This document shows, in pieces, positions 55,223-64,000 of a DNA stretch of 64,000 bases; the stretch's first letter is position 1; each line of letters starts with the position of its first letter. A program made the position numbers and the translations under genes. The stretch comes from Ramazzottius varieornatus (lineage: Eukaryota; Animalia; Tardigrada), in the NCBI GenBank assembly GCA_001949185.1, contig BDGG01000010.1, positions 939,773 through 1,003,772 of the forward strand, in the 5' to 3' direction. Below the pieces are notes generated by a model that was not told the origin of the DNA, did no database searches, and worked only from the letters and a program-made list of their open reading frames with translations.

Positions 55223-55879
55223 ATGGAAAATTTTGCTCTTCAGCTCCTATGTGATGCTGCACTGGCAGAAGTATGGCGAACGGAGGTCTTGCAGAATGAC
55301 GCGGTAACTCGGAGCAATTCCCTTACTCAGCCAGCTCCAACAAAGATATCCAGCCTCCCTTCCACCTCAATAACACCAAAGACAGCCACAAGCTGCATGC
55401 GCACCTTAGACTTAGCGGGGCTTGGATTTCCAGCCGTTCAGCTGCATACTCCGTCACAAGATGAAGGGGAGTCCACTTTCCCGCAAGCGACTGCAGAATC
55501 TTCTGAGCCTGGCTATCCGGCTCGGTTGCCATCCAGTGCCGGTGTTAAGAAGGCTAGACGTTTCCGCAAAGAAATGGATAAGAATTCCCCGCCGAAACGA
55601 TCCAGAGCAGACATCTCGTATGGCAAGCTTCTCGCCATTAACGAAGTGAATCCCTTCCAGTTTCCTTTAGGACCGGCGTACAACCAAGCCTGGAAGAATG
55701 CTTTACAGCTTTTCATGAAGAGCGACAACCAGCCGTTTATGGACACTACCAAGGAGCTGCAAGAGACGAATGGACACGAAATGCACAACATGCAGTGCCT
55801 CGTGACAACTAATATTCGGCAATTTCGAAAGAGACATCCCAAAGTTCCGCCATCGGGTATCTTGAAATTAGCCTTATGA
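55223..55879 (+). CDS. Hypothetical protein, possibly with a Myb/SANT-like domain of transposon origin
   Basis: 219-codon open frame. LLAINEVNPF...AWKNA resembles Myb/SANT-like helices of Harbinger-associated ORFs; weak. Confidence 0.3.
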   Translation: MENFALQLLCDAALAEVWRTEVLQNDAVTRSNSLTQPAPTKISSLPSTSITPKTATSCMRTLDLAGLGFPAVQLHTPSQDEGESTFPQATAESSEPGYPARLPSSAGVKKARRFRKEMDKNSPPKRSRADISYGKLLAINEVNPFQFPLGPAYNQAWKNALQLFMKSDNQPFMDTTKELQETNGHEMHNMQCLVTTNIRQFRKRHPKVPPSGILKLAL

Positions 55880-56992
55880 GTCAACTGAGCGACCAAAGCT
55901 GAAAACCTGTATCTGTTCGTACGGGAGGGGTCAGAAATTCTTCTCATACGCTTGTCTAATTTCGCTGCTATCCGAGCCGGATATCCAGGCTTGGATGCGC
56001 TAGCTACTGTGCGCTAGCTACTGTAAGCCAGGATGGTTGACTTTGCGGGCTGATTTCTGGCTCTACCACCAGGCGACTCGCAAGAAGAAGTGGAGCTATC
56101 TGAGAAGGATTGCCTGGTAGAGGCTTTGGAAGAAAAGAAAAATGCGCAGCCCCAGCGAGATTGAAAGTTATGAAGAAAACCAACGGTGCTTTGTACCGAG
56201 ACGCCGCGCTTGGAATGGTGACTGGGCAGAGAACAAGAGACACAGTTTTCTCCATCGGCGGAAATGAGGATTTGGACACGGTCACCTTGGCTAGCCAGGC
56301 TGATACCAGTGAGTTACTGTGAAGCATAATTTCGAACCGGGCCGTCCACGCATACGATGCGCAATGCTGGGCGGAGAGAAAGTCGATGCCACAGACGACA
56401 TCGGTGGTGGTAACCATGATTCGACAGGCTTCTCCGGCGAAGGACACGAGGTGGACTGAACAGCAGGGGTGCTGTGAGGGAGGCGATACGGCTCTTCCGA
56501 AGCTTTTGCGTATGTACTTGGTGACCAGAAAGCTCTAACACTTCACAGGAATAAACTGCAGCTTTAGTCATCCAGATGAAGAAGTAAACTGGGTGAAGCT
56601 CTATGAAAGTTCCAGCAGAGTTTCAAGTTTCGCTTCCGGTTGGTACACCAAACATTGCTATATGAGAGTGTCCAAGAGACGAGACAGCGAAATGATACTT
56701 TTCGCCCGCAGTAGTAATGACGTCACTATGGACTCATAGATGGATACATTGAGCCTCGACAATCTAGACGACGGCTTCCCCGATCGTCAGAGAATAACGA
56801 AACATAAAAATACAGTATTAACAGCTTTGGCAAGTGGAAGCGATCAAGACTAACTTCAGAGATTGACACATAGAGATAACAATCCGAGATCAGGCACCAG
56901 AAAGGAAGTGGAAAATTCAAACAACCATAGCAGGGAGAGCTAACTACCAAACAAGGAATGAGGGAGCGTTCTTTCCGCCTTCGTCCAGGTTC

Positions 56993-57391
56993 TCACCCGT
57001 CCTCGTTTTTGCTGTCCGTCGCGAGGGTCTTCTTCGCCGACTTGGGCTCGCCCTCCGAACCTGGTTGTACCGACGGGAGGGTGATCCCCCTGGCTCGGCG
57101 GTTCCAGGTTCTGGTGGCCTTTCGGGGCCACCCTCCTCCGCAGTTCCGGGGGCAGTTTCCCCGTTGTCGGTCACTATCACGTCCACTGCCACGTCCACTG
57201 CCACGTCCAGCGCCATAGTCGCCCCCACGACCACCACCGCGTCCGTCAGAGCGGCCATACGCACCGCCACGCCCACCGTAGCCCCGACCTCGGTTTCTGT
57301 TTGAGTTACAGTGTTGAGGCGGTTGATTGCCGAGGTGACGATGATCGAAGGGTTTGCGCGGTGGGCCGAACGACCCCAAGTTGATCTTCAC
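56993..57391 (-). other. RGG-box-rich ORF of unknown status (possible retroelement ORF1/gag fragment)
   Basis: RGRGYGGRGGAYGRSDGRGGGRGGDYGAGRGSGRGSGR; lies beside a LINE fragment. Confidence 0.3.
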
Positions 57392-57927
57392 ATCCGGTCG
57401 ACCCGTACCGACGGACCTGTTGGTTACCGCTGATGCATGGGAGGAGCTGGCTAGAGAGACGCGAAGGCTGGACAGCTGGATGACCGGAGCGCCAGGGCTG
57501 ATGGATGGAGCAGCTGGTTGGCTCGCTGCAGTGAGTGGCTAGTTGGTTCGCTGTCATGCTGTAGGATCAGCCACTCATCGGCCGAGAATCTTGGTTGAGC
57601 GAGAGTTCCCAGCAGAGGCGTACCCGCTGAGGGACCGAGGGAAAAGCTAAACGGGGGTTCTAGCGGGAAACCCCGTGATCAGTCCTGACATTTGGTAAAG
57701 GGCATACGGTCTAATCATTCCTCCAGACATGCTGAAGGGGAAATTCGTAATCTAAAAATAGCATTTGGTTACTTCCTATGTCCGGTCATCTGTCCATTTG
57801 TTATGAAGCCGTGAGTGCAAAGAGAACGGAAGCGCACTTAGAGGCATGCAGGCGTGTCATGCGCTAATGATCACCAGTGAAGGAGTTTGACGGACAGTGT
57901 TTGGGCATGCTTTGGCGAGAACTTGCG

Positions 57928-58616
57928 TCATCCTGTTCTCGAAGCAGGCAAGTGTGCAGCGGTGAGACAGCGCACCAGACACGGGACTAAGTCGATACAG
58001 CTCGAGAACCCGAGTTCGCAGAGGTCGCCTGTAAGGTCTCGACGTGCACCGTCAAAGAGAGGACATGTAGTCATAAAATGCGGTATGCTCTCGATTCCGA
58101 CTAAGCAGAGACGGCACTTCCGGTTTTCCCGGTGAACGCGAGTAATGGATAATCCCCATCGGACCGTTTCAACTGACAGATTGAACGATGATAAAAGAAC
58201 GCGGCACAACTTGGAACTGTCGGAAAGCCAACCTGGCAGTGCATCGGAAGGGAAAACTTTCACAAGAAGGTCGAGCTGTGGTGAGAGAGCAACCATTCCG
58301 TGAATGGCAGCAAGAAACTGGTTCTTGCGATGCACTCTGAGTGATTAAAGCAGGATATTTTCGCCATTGAGACCTCTACAGAGTCTGAATCATTTAGCCC
58401 GAAGACAGGCTGCAAGAAGCGTTCGTATATGGTTCCCCGTGACTTACGGTCGGCTAGGATCTGCTTTAAGACACAAATTTCAAGCTCGTCCACCGACGAG
58501 CAAGCTGTTCTCATACAGAACTGTACGGTCGTCTCGGCAATTGGAAAGCTCAGCGGAAGCAGACCCGTTATGTGATACACCCCGTGGTCAGGCATGGTCG
58601 GTAGGCGGTAGCTCAT
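57928..58616 (-). mobile_element. Decayed non-LTR retrotransposon (LINE) ORF2 C-terminal fragment
   Basis: Post-RT segment ...ITGLLPL...I, then CCHC knuckle CRLCLVGIESIPHFMTTC, split over two frames. Confidence 0.65.
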
Positions 58617-59500
58617 ACGATTGAAACAGCTGTGACGCTACAGGATCCAATCAATCCAATCAATCCGGAGAGTTCCCATTTTGCTTGGTTCAGTTATGAA
58701 ATCAGCTGTTCAGTGAATGACTCGCACAGACTGATAGTATTTTGTCCGACTGCGTTGATTGCTTTTTATTTTCCACCTTCCACCATTGTTAACTGCTTCC
58801 ACAAATGTAAAATGGTCGACCAGAAATTCCAAGACGCGGTCGAACCTGAGACGGTGAATGTTGCTTCGGATCATCCTTCAGTGATGGGCATAGTGCGCGA
58901 TCTCGTAAATTTTGATACAGACGAGTTTTAGTTGTCTTCGGTTTATTCTGAATTTTATCTGTTAGAGTTTCGTGGCTTACCGTGTTAACCATTTTGTCTC
59001 AGCTGTCGTGTGAGGTCAGTTTTCTCTGTGAGCTGTCTCTTACTGTAGTTTGCCTCCATAAAACGGCTACTAAAGCTGTCCGTAAATACAGTTCTACCTC
59101 CCAGATGTGTCAATTCAAACGCTTGATTTTGTTTTGCGATGACTCATCTGCTTACTACACGGTGGATCAAAACAAACGAAATATGGCAAGCCATTCAGCA
59201 CGGTTACCACGAATCAAGTAATCACTTGCATTTATTCAGTTCTTTTAGTGGCCTGCCATGTGTTTGTCACCCACCCTGTGATTCGCATATCACGGTCAAA
59301 TTAAAGCAATTGACACATCTCGGAGGTAAAACTGTACGTCAAGATCTGACGCCATGCTGGCTTTGTGTAACAGCTACGCTAACACTCTAGTGAACCAGAT
59401 ATCAGTGACGTACATCCATTTCCGGAGAGAATATAGTATTGAAGATTCATCCTAATGATCCCCCTAATCTCAGTTTTCTCGTTGTGTAATTCGATGAGAA

Positions 59501-61824
59501 ATGCGTGCTCTTGTCCTCACTACCGTTCGTCGGATGGGAGGGAAAAGTCTTCGACGATTGCTCACCCAAAGATATCACCAGAGCCGGTATGATGGATTTG
59601 CTTCCAGCGCGTCCACTCGACAAAGCTCGGCAAGATAACTGTTCCTCCTGCATTCTGATCTTTTGCCTTGAAGTTAATTATTTGCAGAAAGGCGTCGTCC
59701 TTGGATTTTACGAGCCTGCTTCGGATGACAAAGGGAAGTCACGACAGGATGCGGTGCACGGGACTGCGTCCTTCGCAAAGTTTGACCAGCAGCTCGATGG
59801 CCTCCTGACAAGAACACTCACAGCGTACGACAGTAACGACACTCCTTCCTTAATCGGTATCCGAAACAGATAGGTGCCACGTTGAATTTCAGAACAGGCT
59901 ACCATGGAGGGAAACTCAAGCGCGGAAAAACCCGGACGTTGCACAACCTGGACGACGTAAGTTGACCATCGACCAGAGTCTTCCTAGCGGATTCTGTGTT
60001 AGTTCTTCGGAATTTTACAGACGTACAGCTCCGCGGTTCTTGTGAGTCTTGGACCTGCCAAAGCCGGTCTCAACCACCAAGAAAACTGGGATGAAAGTCG
60101 TGAAAACGTTCGGATAGCTGCATCCGGTAAATTTTAGTGATTACTGCGCTACTGTTCACTACTGCTTCATAATTATCACAAGTCGACCTGTTTCTTTCGT
60201 GTCTAGCTGCTGCTGTTGCTCTTCGGACGGTGGAATGCGTCGAAGCAGACGTGGATACATGCGGTGATGCTGAAGGTATAACCAAGGTTCCATAGCCTAA
60301 CTGAATGATTCTGTCAGAATGGATTCTGTAAGTGTATGTGGTTTGACAGCAATGGCGGAAGGAGCTCTCCTCAAGCAGTACGCATACGACGAGCTGAAAG
60401 ACAAGAAGAAAAGAAAGTCCCTGTTGAAGCTCTCACCTCTCAGTGTTAATAACGACAAGCGATCAGACAGAGAAAGATGGGAGCGTGGCGTTTGTCTAGC
60501 AGACGGACAAAACTACGCGAGGACCCTGATGGAAACCCCGTCGAACCTGAAGCTTCCGCGGATGCTGGCCGAGAGGATCTTGGAAGATTTGAGTAAAGTT
60601 GACGGAGTGAAAGTGACTGTCCGAGACGAGAAATGGGTAGCTGAAAAGGCAATGGGTTCGTTTCTGGCGGTTTCTCAAGGCTCCGTCGAGCCTTTGAGAC
60701 TGCTCGAGATCACCTTTAATGGCGAGGATAAAGAGGGAGTCGATGTTGCTTTGGTCGGGAAAGGCATAACTTTCGATACGTAAGCACTTCAATGTGCTGA
60801 ACGTTGGACTGAGAGTCTGTGTATTTCCCTTAACAACATCTTCTTTATCCAGTGGGGGTATTTCCATTAAGCCTTCGGCAAACATGGACCTGATGCGGGG
60901 CGATATGGGAGGAGCTGCGTGCACCGCAGCTGCGATTAAGACTGCAGCACAATTGAAACTTCCGGTGAACCTTTTAGGTGCTACTTCAGATTCCCAATCA
61001 TTATAAATAGCTCCTTGCTGGCTCGCTAAGACTGTGTTATACTTAGAGTTACTGATTGCTGAGATTGGGGTACGTCAATTTTTTCTCGAAATAGGTGTCA
61101 TTCCGATATGCGAGAATATGCCGAGCGGAAGCGCGACTCGTCCCGGTGATGTCGTCCGTTCGATGAGCGGGAAGACCATCCAGATCGACAATACGGACGC
61201 CGAAGGTCGCCTGATTCTCTGTGATGCCTTGTGGTATGCTCAAGAAGAGTTCAAGCCAAAATACCTGATCGATCTGGCGACCCTGACCGGAGCCATAAGG
61301 GTCGCGCTGGGAAGCTCCGCGGCGGGCTGCTTTACGAATGACCAAAAGATGTGGGAAACCATGTTAGAGGTAAGTTCGTTTCCACAGTTGCGCATAATCG
61401 TACGTACACCGATGTCGGTTCTGCAGGCGAGTGTCCACACGGGTGATCGAGTATGGAGAATGCCGCTGTTTCGGCAATTCGCCGAGCAAATGACTTCCTC
61501 ACACCTAGCGGATCTCAACAATATCAGCAACCGCACAGGCGGTGGCGCTTGCACGGCGGCAGGCTTCCTGTGGGAGTTCATTAAGAAGGACCAGAAGTGG
61601 ATGCATATGGACATCGCTGGAGTGAGTGAAAACAAAGACGAAGTACCCTACCTTGGAAAAGGCTTTTCGGGTATGTTTCAAAGCTTTGTATAAACATGGA
61701 TATTTCTCGTGTGACTGCAGTGATTCTCGTTCTAGGACGTCCGACAAGAACCCTTGTCGAGTTTTTCAAACGTATTTCACGAATTTCTGACTCGTCAACA
61801 GGTAGCAAGACTTTCACAAGCTGA
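59501..61824 (+). CDS. LAP3: Cytosol/mitochondrial leucine aminopeptidase (M17)
   Basis: Arg-rich N-terminus, KGVVLGFYE, QNYARTLMETPSN, ALVGKGITFDTGGISIKP, MRGDMGGAA, NTDAEGRLILCDAL, IDLATLTGA, HMDIAGV, GRPTRTL; TGA 61822-61824. Confidence 0.96.
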
Positions 61825-62054
61825 AATCTCCACTGTCTTTGAATTAACTTTGTTCCTTTCAATTCTGTATTTTCATCTTGGCTAAAGACAGTTTGTTAGC
61901 AAAGCTGCGTTCTGATTTTGTCGAAAGCAAAGATTTTTCTTGCGGACCCAGCTTTTAAATTCAAAAAGAAAAAAAAGATATTACTTGTGAGATTTTCTGT
62001 GCGTTTGGTACAGAGCAGCATTGAGCTCAGCGTAAGTATACGAAGAGCATAAAA

Positions 62055-63359
62055 CTACTGGCCAGGTGGACCTTGCATATGCGGCTGCTGGTACATTCCA
62101 CTTCCGTCATCTGGTAAGTATCCCTGCTGCAATCCGGGCATCTGCTGCCCCGGCGCACCCTGTCTCCATGTCGCAGCCATTCGTGGTGAGATACTCTGAC
62201 CATACGACGCGGGACTCGGGATGTTCGGCGAACCAGTCCGGAGACTTTGCATGGAATGAGGACCTGGCTGCTGCAGCATGGCGGCCAACGGCGAGACACC
62301 ACCGCGCGGACCACCATAAGCACCCATACCTGGCTGGCCTTGGGGTGCTCCAGGCTGGTACCCTACTCCGCCGCCTACTGGCTGCACCTGCGGTGGTGTG
62401 CCTTGATAGCCCACTGGCATCTGTGGACGACCATAAACACTAGACGGCGTGCCTTGTGGACGTTGGTGTTGGAGAGGCATCTGGTGTCGGTAGTTCATGT
62501 TGGTTTGTGGCTGTTGCGGATAATTTGCTTGTGGCTGAGTATTTTGGTATGATTGGTATGGCGGAGGTGGCTGAGGTTGGAATGAAGCCTGAGCTGGCTG
62601 AGAGGGTCCGCTGAGGTTGTTGGAAGAAGATAGTGGAGTAGATCGTTGAGTGGGGATATCTGGAGTACCGTGCATCCGCGAAGGCGTGGGAGTTGGCCGA
62701 GAAGGTGGCTCGGAACCTGAAGGTTGTCGTGGCTGACGGGAAGAGGTAGATGCTGAAGTGGGCTCGTTGCTGTTCGGTTGCTTGGACGAAGATGCAGGCG
62801 CGGAAGGTGTGCCATTGCGAAGAACGTCGGACCATTTTGTGATGTTGTCGTGATGCGAGCGGATCAACTTGTCTTTGCGTTCCATGGCTCGCCTCATATC
62901 TCTCATTCTCTGAAACACCAGCACGTTTCACTGAAAAGCATCTTTAGCAGTCAAGAAAGGCTAGCATACGGCTGCGAGGACTTTTTCGGGGTGCTGCTGG
63001 GAGTAAGTCAGTTTGGCTTGATTAAGAAACTGCTCGAAGCGGGTGTGGGCCTCCACGAACTCTTTCGCGTCCTCGTCGGCGTGGAAGCGCAGTCCGTCCC
63101 CGGCTTCAGATGGCGAGAAACGTCCTGGACCATTGACATCCCCGATGCAGCTTCGGAGTATACGCTGTAATCAGAGTAGAAGATAGAATTGTTGATTTGT
63201 TATCGATTCTGTGCCAGCAGTGCAAATACGTACCTCAGTGGCTTCTTCCAGATGCTTTACGAAAGATTCGCTGTGGTTATTCTGTACGATGCTTGTATCG
63301 TCAACATTCATAGCAGTCTGAAGTCCGTTTCGGGAATGATCGCCGTGGCCGTTATCCAT
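62055..63359 (-). CDS. MED28: Mediator subunit 28 with a long P/Q/G-rich C-terminal extension
   Basis: Spliced FVEAHTRFEQFLNQAKLTYSQQHPEKVLAA|RMRDMRRAMERKDKLIRSHHDNITKWSDVL follows the MED28 coiled-coil pattern (F..KR...S...PE...ELQRKD.L..KH...W..VL). Start codon uncertain. Confidence 0.72.
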
Positions 63360-64000
63360 ACTTCCGGTGATTCCTTCGCTGACGTCGCCGATCCCTCTGG
63401 ATGTTCTGCTGTTGGTTTGAGCTGTCCTATGTGATGCTAACAAGATCTGTGCTACAAGCGAGCCACAGTGCGACCTTCTGAAAATGATCGGATGAGTCTG
63501 AGGAAAGTCGGACGGAAAATGGGCTGAATGGAGAAAGCAAGCAGCAGGCTTAAGCAGCTCCCGACATGGTGTGCGTGATGTCATGAACCATAATGGATGT
63601 TGTTGCTGTTTAGGTCATGTGTAATATGTACGTAGTATAAGGTGTAATGTCACACAGCAGCAGGACTCAAAGCCTTGATTTCGAAGATTTGATTGAGTGG
63701 AAATACAGGTGAATGCACGCAGCAAATTCTTCAAATCGTTGATAGCTCCCTGTACTTCTGCTGGTTCCGCTCGACTGCATCGTTCCTGGTGTATTCGGAG
63801 GAGCAAGTAAGTTGGATAACGAGTCCACGATACATCCACGTCCACCATGTCGGAATCCGGAAAGAAGCGCCCGGCGCCAACACGAACAACGAGCGCAGCT
63901 GATAGCATTTCCGAGGCAGTTCAACCAGCCAAGTCTGCTAAGTTATCGCAGGATCCTTCACCAGTGCTGACACTCACCTCCGAAATGGTTCTTGGAGCTA

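Overview
Eukaryotic (metazoan) genomic DNA, gene-dense, with many short GT-AG introns. The compactness and composition would fit a small invertebrate genome such as a tardigrade (inference only). Genes recognised in order: synergin gamma (+), exocyst Sec6/EXOC3 (-), domino/SRCAP-EP400 SWR1-type remodeller (+; two alternative C-termini), a disabled BTB-BACK-PHR gene (-), WSB1 (-), p70 S6 kinase (+), an unrecognised Gly/Ser-rich disordered protein built from repeated LGHQEGFG microexons (-), MAT2B (+), cyclin D (+; long introns), tRNA-Thr(UGU) (-), an ATF2-like C2H2+bZIP factor (-), leucine aminopeptidase LAP3 (+) and MED28 (-). Mobile DNA: a 447-bp hAT-type MITE with an intact 8-bp TSD, a ~1.1-kb element with ~200-bp inverted arms, a LINE 3' fragment, and weak transposase-like remnants. 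The most striking unexplained structure is a dispersed family of ~47-57-bp palindromes (aagtGGCGCAC-N25-GTGCGCCactt). There are about 15 copies, almost all intronic. Spacer sequence diverges but spacer length is almost always exactly 25 bp, the arms show compensatory changes, and one intron holds a tandem array of three. Exon boundaries were read by eye and are approximate.
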